Numbered from the stretch's first letter, positions 10,001 to 25,000 are shown. The stretch is DNA of 64,000 bases from Ophelia neglecta (GCA_965285935.1 OZ260663.1:100626001-100690000), one strand, 5' to 3'. Notes: generated from the letters alone by a model not told the origin. Numbers and translations are program-made.

Positions 10001-13000
10001 CCCTCCTTTCCCCAAGGGTATGACGAGTGTTCTCTTTAGTTACTATGTTCTAAACAGCTTATCATTTTGGTTTAGTACTCATTATATAAACTATTTGAAA
10101 GGTTGTATAAGTGTAATAGTAAATGCATGTTGTAACTGGCCAGTATGTATGATAATGTGTATAACCGAGTAAATGTTAAGATGAGAATGACCGTATGAAT
10201 GTAATTGTGTTATCTGTGTATGCAGTGATTAATGTGTATATAATTTGTTATATTGTTAATTCCTAGTTTCATATTATATTTTCAGGGGTATTAGCCTAAA
10301 TTAACTTGAAACACCAGTACTTGAATATGACTGTAGTAATGACCTCTGTCAAAATAAATATTTTGTGAACTAGCTCACCCAGGCGTTATACAAGTCTGTA
10401 CAAACCCCTAGTTTACAATGGAGCCCCCAGTGAGATTTGAGGTCACTGCTTTTGTATGTAAGTGACTGAGTCATGTCAGTGTAGACTGGAAGACTGCCCA
10501 TGGTGACGAAGAGTGAGAGTTGAGTGTATGAATGGGAGACAAAAGAAGAAAAGGGAAGAGAAGACTGGTGTGTGTTAGTGACTGTGAACAAGATGTGTTA
10601 TGAACAATGAATGACTCTGAGTGACAAGACTTGTGTGTATGGCCAGCTGTATGTACAGAAAGTTGTGAACATTGACAAACAGGAAGTAGTTTGAATGGAC
10701 ATCTTGTGGTGAATGAAGGACAAGTAGAGCTATAGTACAGCTGAGTATGACTGATTTTGTTTATGTACACATGTGAATTGTAAAGGCTATGTGGTCATTT
10801 AACATTACCTGGGCATCTTGCAGTCAATTGAGAATAATGTTAGATAAACTAACCTAATTAATTTTGTTTTGGTTTGAATTTAGTCCACTAATTGACAATT
10901 AACAATTCCTAAATCTTTATTAGTTACAATGTCATATGTGTGTTGAAAACATGGTGATTGGTAGTGAATGTCAATTGAACATAACAAAATGTGGTTTTTT
11001 GTCAGTCACCACAGCTCTACACACATCCTGTAGTGACTGACGTCAGATGCTTTTTATAATATTTTTGTATGTTTGTGTTTGCATGTTTGCATTAATACCT
11101 CCTGGCCTTTAGAATTTAAAATTGTTTTTTGTAAACCCTCAACTTAGTGACAGCAGATTGATGTTAGGAGACAAATTTAGCTCATGGACACACACACTCA
11201 CATGTCAATACTTGTCAACATTTTTTTTCAATTTTTTTCAATTTTTTTACATCTACATTCTACAGACATCTAGCCACATTTAGAGTACTACCGCACTTAT
11301 AAACACATATTACACAGAAAATCCTTATGTAAACACATACACTTTTGAGAACAGATTCTCTTGTATTACCACTTATTCATAAATACACTAACAACATTAC
11401 ATACAGCCTTACTTACACATACATTCCCACACATGTACTCACAATCAAAATACACAATGGAGTTTACTGCGGAGGAAGTTAGTGCCATGGCAGAAGCATT
11501 TCAAGCACTTGGAGTTAAACCGAAATGTGACTCGCCAGAATCTTTGAAGGCCTGGATACAGGAATTCTCGACACAGACAGAAGCACAACCAGTTTTAAAT
11601 AGAGATGGCCAAGTCAAGAAGTAACCATTGGGACCATTACAACCACAGCTACCAATGCTACCAAAGATATCAATATTTTCTGGCATTAATGGCAGGGATT
11701 CATCATATGATCTGTGACGCTGCGAAGTGACATCACTTCTCAAAAATCACTCACATCCAGATCACATACTGGCACACCAGATGAGGAAATCACTGCGAGG
11801 TGATCCAGCCCGAGTAGGAATGAGACTTGGTGAATCAGCCACCACAGGCGAATTACTGGAAAAATTGGACAATTTATATGGTTCAATACAGAGCAATGAA
11901 GATTTGTTAGCCGAATTCTACAATGCTAAACAAGGGGAGACAGAAACAGTAGTCCAATGGAGCGGTAGATTGGAGGATCTACTTCTTAAGGTAAAAACTT
12001 CAAAAAATTCCTTTGCTTCTACAACCATAGATGAGATGCTGCGCACCAAATTCTGGACAGGATTACGTCCGCAACTAAAAGAAAAGACCAGACATAAGAC
12101 TCATAAGTTCGATACTGTTACTGACTTCGATGATCTTAGGATTCAGTTACGCCAGGTGGAAACTGAAATGGAGAAAAATAAAGCAGCCAAGATAGTCAAC
12201 AATGCCCAAGTGAGAGCAAGTACTGAGGTAGACCCAACCATGAAATCTATCCAACACCAACTTAGCAACTTACAACAACAAGTCACCCGACTCGTCGAAG
12301 GACCAGCAACACCCTCGAGCAGTGGCCCATCAAATTTGCAAGCACAACCCAACCATCCATCAACTAGACGTCATAACCACAATAACATGGGGAGACAGCC
12401 GACACCCACTCAGCTGAATCCACAGGCTCAGCCATACTTCCCAGACGATATGTACTATGCGTGCCAATCAAACCATACCACTCAACAAGGATACCATTCT
12501 CAACCAAGTACACCTAGAGCTCCTAGTCCACCTCGTCAATGTTGGCGATGCGGGGAATGGGGCCATATCCAGTTCAATTGCAGAGTAAGGACTGATCATT
12601 TAAACCAGACACGGCCTACAACTTCCGGGGGACGTCCGTAGGCCATGCATCAGGAAAATCCACCCCCAAATTGGTAGGTGAAACCACCTTATCACCTATA
12701 GTTTTCACATTTCCTCAAGTCGACATCCATGATAATGAAACAGTACAGAATACTCCACAAAGGGAACATGCCACTATATCGACAACAACACTGCTGGACA
12801 CTGGCTCGGGTGTGTCTACAGTAAATCACAGCTTCTACAGGAAATACCTGGAACCAAGAGGAATCGTATGTCAACCGTTGGAGACTGTGTTGGAAATTGA
12901 GACTGCAGCTGGACATCCTCTCAGTTATGTTGGGGTGGTGGAAGTTTGGTTACAGGTACCAGGGTTATTGCCAAATACAGCCCTCCCAAGCTTGATGCTA

Positions 13001-16000
13001 GTTATACCAGACACACCATTCAGTAGCGAAGTACCTGTTAATTTGGGTACAAACTTCCTCAAAACAGTAAAGGAAAAGGCAGAAGAAACCTATGGTGGAA
13101 GATTTCTCCAGACAGCCCAAATTCCAGAATCATGGAAACTAGCTATCAGTTGCATGTCTCTACAAGAAAAGAAGCTGACACGCCATGGTAAATTGGCAAT
13201 TGTCAAGAGCGCGAGGGAAACATCACTGATCATACCTCCCAATAAGACAGCTACAGTAAGTGGTTTTACATCAGATTGTTTACCTAGCCCAGCTTGTACT
13301 GCCATGATGCAACCTACAAAGAAGAGCTCGCTTCCAGACACAGCAGAAATTATGCCAGCAATAATAAACTACCCACTTGGCCTCCATCATCATGTCCCAG
13401 TAACAATAGCCAACCATTCGACCCAGACGTTGGTGATAGCACCAAGAGCAACACTTTGCGAGTTACAACAGGTGACCATCCAGTCGAATGTAGCTGATAA
13501 CTACCAACCTATAGAGAAGCCCAATAAGCCTCAGTACAAGTCTACTTCACAAGAGGAAGACTCACAAGGTATTGATCTGCACTATAATCCTGACGTTCAT
13601 TCCACAACGGGACAACCGTTCGTACAATTCCAGGCATTTATGAAAGATTGGAGTCATGTTTTCTCCAGAAGTGACACAGATGTTGGATGTCATCCTACCG
13701 AGCAATTTGAAATTAAGCTGACCGATCATCAGCCATTCAAGCAAGCCTACCGCCGAATACCACCTCCATGTTACGAAGAAGTGAAACAACACCTAGAGAT
13801 GCTACTGGACGCAGGTATGATCAGACCATCAAGAAGCCCTTGGGCATCAAATATGGTAATAGCCAGACGGAAAAATGGAGATATCAGGTTGTGTATGGAC
13901 TACAGACAGTTAAACCAACGCACAATTCGGGACTCCTACGCACTACCAAGATTTGAAGATATCCTAGACTGCCTTTCAGGAGCCAGGTATTTCTCCGTTT
14001 TAGATATGAAGGGTGCCTATCATCAAATAAATATTAGAGAATCTGATAAACCATACACAGCCTTCACTGCAGGCCCCTTAGGATTCTGGGAGTGGAACAA
14101 AATGGCGTTTGGTCTAACCAATTGCCCTGCCACCTACCAGAGGATGATGGAGGAAATGTTTAAAGACCTCAACCACAAAATATGCACAATCTACTAAGAT
14201 GACATCATTGTCTACAGCAGCACATTTGAGGAACATTTGATCAACCTTGCCAAAGTGTTTCGTAGAATTGAAGAATGCAACCTCAAGTTAAACCCCAAGA
14301 AATGTAAATTCCTTAGAAATAATGTGCCATTTATTGGACATGTGATGACACCAGAAGGCGTCCAAACTGACCCAGATAAAATAGAGAAAGTGAGAAATTG
14401 GCCTACACCAACTAACGTCGGAGAAGTAGCCAAATTCCTTGGATTTGCTGGCTACTATAGAGGTTTTGTTGAAAATTTCGCAGCAAAGGCAAAGCCACTA
14501 AACGAATTGAAGAAAGGAAATGATAGAAAAAGGAAGAGGAAGACAATTAACGGCGAGTCTGAGAGAAGAACATGGAAATGGGGTAAAGAACATGAAGAGT
14601 CATTTCAAGCACTGAAAGCAGCCCTAATCAACCCTCCCGTCCTAGCTTACCCAGATCCTTCAAAACCATATACACTACATATTGACGCGAGCTTTGATGG
14701 TCTAGGTGCAATCCTCTACCAAAACCATAATGGCCAAGAGAAACCCATAGCATATGGCAGCAGAGGCCTGAGAAAGTCTGAGAGACACTATGCAGCACAC
14801 AAACTAGAATTTCTATGTCTGAAATGGGCTGTAAGTGACAAGTTCCATCAATACCTGTAGGGATTGAAGGAATTCACTGTTGTTACTGATAACAATCCCC
14901 TGACCTATGTTTTGACATCCGCGAAGCTTGACGCCACAGGCCATCGATGGATCGCAGCACTAGCAAATTACAACTTTCAGATCAAGTACAGACCAGGTAT
15001 TAAGCATACAGATGCTGATACAATATCAAGACTACCAAACAACAGTTTAGAGGAACAAGAGAGCCCAACCGAGGTAATCGGCAGCCAAACTATTGCTACC
15101 TTATGCCAGAGCACACAAGTCCCCAGTGGTTTCATAGAATCGATCTGCCTGGCTCCTAACTTCCTAGAAGACGCCGAAATAGATCCAGTAAGAGATACCA
15201 GGTTGCTGAGACAAGCACAGCAACAAGACAGTGGAATCAGCGAGATAATTAAATTGATCCAGACCAATTACCAAGGGCCAATCACATCTGAAGTAGTACG
15301 TCCCTACATCAGAGAACAAAAACGTCTCTTTATCAGAAGAGGACTCCTGTGTAGACATACAGAAAGAAACGGCGCCCAAAAGCACCAAATAGTATTACCA
15401 GAGTCATTGCAGAAACCTGCACTAGAAGCATTACATGACCAAATGGGACACCCAGGGCAAGAACGCACGTTACAGCTAGTCAGAGACCGATTTTACTGGC
15501 CAAGCATGTCGGAGTCCATAACCAAGAAGGTGAAACAGTGTGAGAGATGTCTCCGAAGAAAAAGTCCTATATCAAGAGCCCCACTGGTAAATATAAAGAC
15601 CACACAGCCTCTTGAACTGGTTAGTATGGACTTCCTTACTTTAGAAATGTCGAAGGGTGGCTACGCAAACAATTTGGTCATCACCGACCACTTTACCAGG
15701 TACGCATTAGCAATTCCAACCAAGAACCAAACCGCTAAAACTACAGCAGATGCCTTGTTACACTATTTTATCAACATATTTGGGTTCCCAAGCCGCCTCC
15801 ATAGTGACCAAGGAGCCAATTTTGAGAGTCAAATTATAGCAGAATTATGTAAGACAACAGGCATCCAGAAATCCAGAACTACAGCTTACCACCCAAGTGG
15901 AAATGGCATGACAGAGAGAATGAACAGAACATTACTAAAGATGCTAGGAACACTTGACCAAAATGAAAAATCCAATTGGAAGTCTCACCTTGATTCTCTA

Positions 16001-19000
16001 GTTCAGGCGTACAACTGCACTCCCCATGACAGCACTGGCTTTGCACCCTACTACTTGATGTTTGGAAGGCACCCTCGACTCCCAATAGATCTCGCACTCG
16101 GCCTAGATGAGCCTGAACCAGAAAACCAGCTACTGTGTGAATATGTCAGAGACCTACGGAATCGCCTCCGTGAGTCATACAAGATAGCCATGAAGCATGC
16201 CCAACAAGCAAGAGACAAGCAGAAACATCATTAGGACTTGAGAACCAGAGGTGCCATTTTGGAACCTGGCGACAGAGTACTAGTTAAAAAATGGGTTTTT
16301 GAAGGGAAGCATAAAATTGCAGACAAATGGGAAGAACCAGTATTTGTGGTATGTGAACAACCAAATTCTGAAATACCAGTGTACAAAATAAGAGAAGAAA
16401 GTGATCCTGAGGCTCCCACCAGAATAGTCCACAGGAACAATCTACTCCCAATAGGATACTTACCAGTACATGACTGTGAGCAAATTGAGGAAAGCGTAGG
16501 GACTAAACACAGCCAGAACAATAACCAGATTGACTCATTTTCATCTGAGGGGGGAGAGAGTGAGGAAGAAAGTGACCCAGAATTTGACGCATACATTTCC
16601 ACAGCTGACGGCAAACCAAATATTTCTCAAGAACATGAACTGCTACAAGAAATAACAGATACAGAATCTATAGCATTACCAGAAACAAACCACAAAACAC
16701 AAGTAGAGTCACCTGAAACATCAGAAGAACATGATACAATAACAGATACAGAATCACAAATACAACCTGGGTTGCCTAATACTGACCAACAAGACAGTGA
16801 AGTCAAAGAAACAGATACAACTACAACTAATACGAAACACCAGAAGAAGAACATTGTCCCTCAACACAGTCAGTGAGGCAAGATGCAGATATTGCTTGCC
16901 AACAAAGCATCCGACCAACACGTACTCGTAAGCCCCCACTTCATTTAAGAGATGGCACATATGAATCAAAATTTACAATATCAAAATTGATTCATGTTTT
17001 GTACAGTATGACTAAGGACAGTCATAATAGCGGTATAGGCCAAGTTTGTGTAATATAGGTTGAATTGCTGGTTTTTTTTGTTTAATTTAATTAATTCCAA
17101 TTAAAAATGTATATCAATGTGCCATTAACAAAGTTAATGCCAATGTAATATTTAGCCAAAGCAGGGGAGGATGTAACCAGATGCTAGTATGTTTACTACC
17201 TGTGACACCCTCTCACATAGGGTTAAAGTTGTGTTGTATGGTATTATGAGTGGTGACCTCCCTATAGCTAGGTGTTTCCTGTAAAATAAAGAGGCTGTCT
17301 CCAGAGTGAGATTGTTTGGCCAAGCTGACCAATTAGAAGGCCAGTCTTAATCACTTCCTCTCTGGTCAGGGCAGGAAAATAATTGAAAGGTAAACTCAGA
17401 AGCCATCCAGCCAGCAGACTGTTAGGGTCAGAAGTTTTCTGTTAGAAATCCGGTATCTTGGGTAAGCCTATTTTAGCTTGCAGTACACAACTATCAGAGT
17501 GGAAGTCTATTTTATAATTAGCCAGTTGTATAGCTACAAATGCAGCATTGAGATATCTTACAGCGTATTCCTTTATTCTCTTGATCTAAATGTGGTTGGA
17601 CTCTTGATTTGTTGTAGGTTGGTCAAAAATATCCCAAGTAGATATGGCTAAGGCTCCAGATTGTAGTACACCTGAATCCCTCCTTTCCCCAAGGGTATGA
17701 CGAGTGTTCTCTTTAGTTACTATGTTCTAAACAGCTTATCATTTTGGTTTAGTACTCATTATATAAACTATTTGAAAGGTTGTATAAGTGTAATAGTAAA
17801 TGCATGTTGTAACTGGCCAGTATGTATGATAATGTGTATAACCGAGTAAATGTTAAGATGAGAATGACCGTATGAATGTAATTGTGTTATCTGTGTATGC
17901 AGTGATTAATGTGTATATAATTTGTTATATTGTTAATTCCTAGTTTCATATTATATTTTCAGGGGTATTAGCCTAAATTAACTTGAAACACCAGTACTTG
18001 AATATGACTGTAGTAATGACCTCTGTCAAAATAAATATTTTGTGAACTAGCTCACCCAGGCGTTATACAAGTCTGTACAAACCCCTAGTTTACAATGGAG
18101 CCCCCAGTGAGATTTGAGGTCACTGCTTTTGTATGTAAGTGACTGAGTCATGTCAGTGTAGACTGGAAGACTGCCCATGGTGACGAAGAGTGAGAGTTGA
18201 GTGTATGAATGGGAGACAAAAGAAGAAAAGGGAAGAGAAGACTGGTGTGTGTTAGTGACTGTGAACAAGATGTGTTATGAACAATGAATGACTCTGAGTG
18301 ACAAGACTTGTGTGTATGGCCAGCTGTATGTACAGAAAGTTGTGAACATTGACAAACAGGAAGTAGTTTGAATGGACATCTTGTGGTGAATGAAGGACAA
18401 GTAGAGCTATAGTACAGCTGAGTATGACTGATTTTGTTTATGTACACATGTGAATTGTAAAGGCTATGTGGTCATTTAACATTACCTGGGCATCTTGCAG
18501 TCAATTGAGAATAATGTTAGATAAACTAACCTAATTAATTTTGTTTTGGTTTGAATTTAGTCCACTAATTGACAATTAACAATTCCTAAATCTTTATTAG
18601 TTACAATGTCATATGTGTGTTGAAAACATGGTGATTGGTAGTGAATGTCAATTGAACATAACAAAATGTGGTTTTTTTCAGTCACCACAGCTCTACACAC
18701 ATCCTGTAGTGACTGACGTCAGATGCTTTTTATAATATTTTTGTATGTTTGTGTTTGCATGTTTGCATTTATACCCCCTGGCCTTTAGAATTTAAAATTG
18801 TTTTTTGTAAACCCTCAACTTAGTGACAGCAGATTGATGTTAGGAGACAAATTTAGCTCATGGACACACACACTCACATGTCAATACTTGTCAACATTTT
18901 TTTTCAATTTTTTTCAATTTTTTTACATCTACATTCTACAGACATCTAGCCACATTTAGAGTACTACCGCACTTATAAACACATATTACACAGAAAATCC

Positions 19001-22000
19001 TTATGTAAACACATACACTTTTGAGAACAGATTCTCTTGTATTACCACTTATTCATAAATACACTAACAACATTACATACAGCCTTACTTACACATACAT
19101 TCCCACACATGTACTCACAATCAAAATACACAATGGAGTTTACTGCGGAGGAAGTTAGTGCCATGGCAGAAGCATTTCAAGCACTTGGAGTTAAACCGAA
19201 ATGTGACTCGCCAGAATCTTTGAAGGCCTGGATACAGGAATTCTCGACACAGACAGAAGCACAACCAGTTTTAAATAGAGATGGCCAAGTCAAGAAGTAA
19301 CCATTGGGACCATTACAACCACAGCTACCAATGCTACCAAAGATATCAATATTTTCTGGCATTAATGGCAGGGATTCATCATATGATCTGTGACGCTGCG
19401 AAGTGACATCACTTCTCAAAAATCACTCACATCCAGATCACATACTGGCACACCAGATGAGGAAATCACTGCGAGGTGATCCAGCCCGAGTAGGAATGAG
19501 ACTTGGTGAATCAGCCACCACAGGCGAATTACTGGAAAAATTGGACAATTTATATGGTTCAATACAGAGCAATGAAGATTTGTTAGCCGAATTCTACAAT
19601 GCTAAACAAGGGGAGACAGAAACAGTAGTCCAATGGAGCGGTAGATTGGAGGATCTACTTCTTAAGGTAAAAACTTCAAAAAATTCCTTTGCTTCTACAA
19701 CCATAGATGAGATGCTGCGCACCAAATTCTGGACAGGATTACGTCCGCAACTAAAAGAAAAGACCAGACATAAGACTCATAAGTTCGATACTGTTACTGA
19801 CTTCGATGATCTTAGGATTCAGTTACGCCAGGTGGAAACTGAAATGGAGAAAAATAAAGCAGCCAAGATAGTCAACAATGCCCAAGTGAGAGCAAGTACT
19901 GAGGTAGACCCAACCATGAAATCTATCCAACACCAACTTAGCAACTTACAACAACAAGTCACCCGACTCGTCGAAGGACCAGCAACACCCTCGAGCAGTG
20001 GCCCATCAAATTTGCAAGCACAACCCAACCATCCATCAACTAGACGTCATAACCACAATAACATGGGGAGACAGCCGACACCCACTCAGCTGAATCCACA
20101 GGCTCAGCCATACTTCCCAGACGATATGTACTATGCGTGCCAATCAAACCATACCACTCAACAAGGATACCATTCTCAACCAAGTACATCTAGAGCTCCT
20201 AGTCCACCTCGTCAATGTTGGCGATGCGGGGAATGGGGCCATATCCAGTTCAATTGCAGAGTAAGGACTGATCATTTAAACCAGACACGGCCTACAACTT
20301 CCGGGGGACGTCCGTAGGCCATGCATCAGGAAAATCCACCCCCAAATTGGTAGGTGAAACCACCTTATCACCTATAGTTTTCACATTTCCTCAAGTCGAC
20401 ATCCATGATAATGAAACAGTACAGAATACTCCACAAAGGGAACATGCCACTATATCGACAACAACACTGCTGGACACTGGCTCGGGTGTGTCTACAGTAA
20501 ATCACAGCTTCTACAGGAAATACCTGGAACCAAGAGGAATCGTATGTCAACCGTTGGAGACTGTGTTGGAAATTGAGACTGCAGCTGGACATCCTCTCAG
20601 TTATGTTGGGGTGGTGGAAGTTTGGTTACAGGTACCAGGGTTATTGCCAAATACAGCCCTCCCAAGCTTGATGCTAGTTATACCAGACACACCATTCAGT
20701 AGCGAAGTACCTGTTAATTTGGGTACAAACTTCCTCAAAACAGTAAAGGAAAAGGCAGAAGAAACCTATGGTGGAAGATTTCTCCAGACAGCCCAAATTC
20801 CAGAATCATGGAAACTAGCTATCAGTTGCATGTCTCTACAAGAAAAGAAGCTGACACGCCATGGTAAATTGGCAATTGTCAAGAGCGCGAGGGAAACATC
20901 ACTGATCATACCTCCCAATAAGACAGCTACAGTAAGTGGTTTTACATCAGATTGTTTACCTAGCCCAGCTTGTACTGCCATGATGCAACCTACAAAGAAG
21001 AGCTCGCTTCCAGACACAGCAGAAATTATGCCAGCAATAATAAACTACCCACTTGGCCTCCATCATCATGTCCCAGTAACAATAGCCAACCATTCGACCC
21101 AGACGTTGGTGATAGCACCAAGAGCAACACTTTGCGAGTTACAACAGGTGACCATCCAGTCGAATGTAGCTGATAACTACCAACCTATAGAGAAGCCCAA
21201 TAAGCCTCAGTACAAGTCTACTTCACAAGAGGAAGACTCACAAGGTATTGATCTGCACTATAATCCTGACGTTCATTCCACAACGGGACAACCGTTCGTA
21301 CAATTCCAGGCATTTATGAAAGATTGGAGTCATGTTTTCTCCAGAAGTGACACAGATGTTGGATGTCATCCTACCGAGCAATTTGAAATTAAGCTGACCG
21401 ATCATCAGCCATTCAAGCAAGCCTACCGCCGAATACCACCTCCATGTTACGAAGAAGTGAAACAACACCTAGAGATGCTACTGGACGCAGGTATGATCAG
21501 ACCATCAAGAAGCCCTTGGGCATCAAATATGGTAATAGCCAGACGGAAAAATGGAGATATCAGGTTGTGTATGGACTACAGACAGTTAAACCAACGCACA
21601 ATTCGGGACTCCTACGCACTACCAAGATTTGAAGATATCCTAGACTGCCTTTCAGGAGCCAGGTATTTCTCCGTTTTAGATATGAAGGGTGCCTATCATC
21701 AAATAAATATTAGAGAATCTGATAAACCATACACAGCCTTCACTGCAGGCCCCTTAGGATTCTGGGAGTGGAACAAAATGGCGTTTGGTCTAACCAATTG
21801 CCCTGCCACCTACCAGAGGATGATGGAGGAAATGTTTAAAGACCTCAACCACAAAATATGCACAATCTACTAAGATGACATCATTGTCTACAGCAGCACA
21901 TTTGAGGAACATTTGATCAACCTTGCCAAAGTGTTTCGTAGAATTGAAGAATGCAACCTCAAGTTAAACCCCAAGAAATGTAAATTCCTTAGAAATAATG

Positions 22001-25000
22001 TGCCATTTATTGGACATGTGATGACACCAGAAGGCGTCCAAACTGACCCAGATAAAATAGAGAAAGTGAGAAATTGGCCTACACCAACTAACGTCGGAGA
22101 AGTAGCCAAATTCCTTGGATTTGCTGGCTACTATAGAGGTTTTGTTGAAAATTTCGCAGCAAAGGCAAAGCCACTAAACGAATTGAAGAAAGGAAATGAT
22201 AGAAAAAGGAAGAGGAAGACAATTAACGGCGAGTCTGAGAGAAGAACATGGAAATGGGGTAAAGAACATGAAGAGTCATTTCAAGCACTGAAAGCAGCCC
22301 TAATCAACCCTCCCGTCCTAGCTTACCCAGATCCTTCAAAACCATATACACTACATATTGACGCGAGCTTTGATGGTCTAGGTGCAATCCTCTACCAAAA
22401 CCATAATGGCCAAGAGAAACCCATAGCATATGGCAGCAGAGGCCTGAGAAAGTCTGAGAGACACTATGCAGCACACAAACTAGAATTTCTATGTCTGAAA
22501 TGGGCTGTAAGTGACAAGTTCCATCAATACCTGTAGGGATTGAAGGAATTCACTGTTGTTACTGATAACAATCCCCTGACCTATGTTTTGACATCCGCGA
22601 AGCTTGACGCCACAGGCCATCGATGGATCGCAGCACTAGCAAATTACAACTTTCAGATCAAGTACAGACCAGGTATTAAGCATACAGATGCTGATACAAT
22701 ATCAAGACTACCAAACAACAGTTTAGAGGAACAAGAGAGCCCAACCGAGGTAATCGGCAGCCAAACTATTGCTACCTTATGCCAGAGCACACAAGTCCCC
22801 AGTGGTTTCATAGAATCGATCTGCCTGGCTCCTAACTTCCTAGAAGACGCCGAAATAGATCCAGTAAGAGATACCAGGTTGCTGAGACAAGCACAGCAAC
22901 AAGACAGTGGAATCAGCGAGATAATTAAATTGATCCAGACCAATTACCAAGGGCCAATCACATCTGAAGTAGTACGTCCCTACATCAGAGAACAAAAACG
23001 TCTCTTTATCAGAAGAGGACTCCTGTGTAGACATACAGAAAGAAACGGCGCCCAAAAGCACCAAATAGTATTACCAGAGTCATTGCAGAAACCTGCACTA
23101 GAAGCATTACATGACCAAATGGGACACCCAGGGCAAGAACGCACGTTACAGCTAGTCAGAGACCGATTTTACTGGCCAAGCATGTCGGAGTCCATAACCA
23201 AGAAGGTGAAACAGTGTGAGAGATGTCTCCGAAGAAAAAGTCCTATATCAAGAGCCCCACTGGTAAATATAAAGACCACACAGCCTCTTGAACTGGTTAG
23301 TATGGACTTCCTTACTTTAGAAATGTCGAAGGGTGGCTACGCAAACAATTTGGTCATCACCGACCACTTTACCAGGTACGCATTAGCAATTCCAACCAAG
23401 AACCAAACCGCTAAAACTACAGCAGATGCCTTGTTACACTATTTTATCAACATATTTGGGTTCCCAAGCCGCCTCCATAGTGACCAAGGAGCCAATTTTG
23501 AGAGTCAAATTATAGCAGAATTATGTAAGACAACAGGCATCCAGAAATCCAGAACTACAGCTTACCACCCAAGTGGAAATGGCATGACAGAGAGAATGAA
23601 CAGAACATTACTAAAGATGCTAGGAACACTTGACCAAAATGAAAAATCCAATTGGAAGTCTCACCTTGATTCTCTAGTTCAGGCGTACAACTGCACTCCC
23701 CATGACAGCACTGGCTTTGCACCCTACTACTTGATGTTTGGAAGGCACCCTCGACTCCCAATAGATCTCGCACTCGGCCTAGATGAGCCTGAACCAGAAA
23801 ACCAGCTACTGTGTGAATATGTCAGAGACCTACGGAATCGCCTCCGTGAGTCATACAAGATAGCCATGAAGCATGCCCAACAAGCAAGAGACAAGCAGAA
23901 ACATCATTAGGACTTGAGAACCAGAGGTGCCATTTTGGAACCTGGCGACAGAGTACTAGTTAAAAAATGGGTTTTTGAAGGGAAGCATAAAATTGCAGAC
24001 AAATGGGAAGAACCAGTATTTGTGGTATGTGAACAACCAAATTCTGAAATACCAGTGTACAAAATAAGAGAAGAAAGTGATCCTGAGGCTCCCACCAGAA
24101 TAGTCCACAGGAACAATCTACTCCCAATAGGATACTTACCAGTACATGACTGTGAGCAAATTGAGGAAAGCGTAGGGACTAAACACAGCCAGAACAATAA
24201 CCAGATTGACTCATTTTCATCTGAGGGGGGAGAGAGTGAGGAAGAAAGTGACCCAGAATTTGACGCATACATTTCCACAGCTGACGGCAAACCAAATATT
24301 TCTCAAGAACATGAACTGCTACAAGAAATAACAGATACAGAATCTATAGCATTACCAGAAACAAACCACAAAACACAAGTAGAGTCACCTGAAACATCAG
24401 AAGAACATGATACAATAACAGATACAGAATCACAAATACAACCTGGGTTGCCTAATACTGACCAACAAGACAGTGAAGTCAAAGAAACAGATACAACTAC
24501 AACTAATACGAAACACCAGAAGAAGAACATTGTCCCTCAACACAGTCAGTGAGGCAAGATGCAGATATTGCTTGCCAACAAAGCATCCGACCAACACGTA
24601 CTCGTAAGCCCCCACTTCATTTAAGAGATGGCACATATGAATCAAAATTTACAATATCAAAATTGATTCATGTTTTGTACAGTATGACTAAGGACAGTCA
24701 TAATAGCGGTATAGGCCAAGTTTGTGTAATATAGGTTGAATTGCTGGTTTTTTTTGTTTAATTTAATTAATTCCAATTAAAAATGTATATCAATGTGCCA
24801 TTAACAAAGTTAATGCCAATGTAATATTTAGCCAAAGCAGGGGAGGATGTAACCAGATGCTAGTATGTTTACTACCTGTGACACCCTCTCACATAGGGTT
24901 AAAGTTGTGTTGTATGGTATTATGGGTGGTGACCTCCCTATAGCTAGGTGTTTCCTGTAAAATAAAGAGGCTGTCTCCAGAGTGAGATTGTTTGGCCAAG

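Noticed and set aside
10370-10770. Antisense ORFs in the retrotransposon leader and pol
   Set aside because: Low-complexity or shadow ORFs with no motifs.
16873-17058. Separate env-like or ORF3 gene
   Set aside because: Contains the RPTRTRKPP pol-tail motif, so it is best read as the frameshifted pol end; no signal or TM segment.
11622-23910. Alternative nuclear genetic code explaining the retroelement stops
   Set aside because: TAA would need to encode both Glu and Leu, each stop is one substitution from the expected codon, and the host NLR exons read normally in the standard code.
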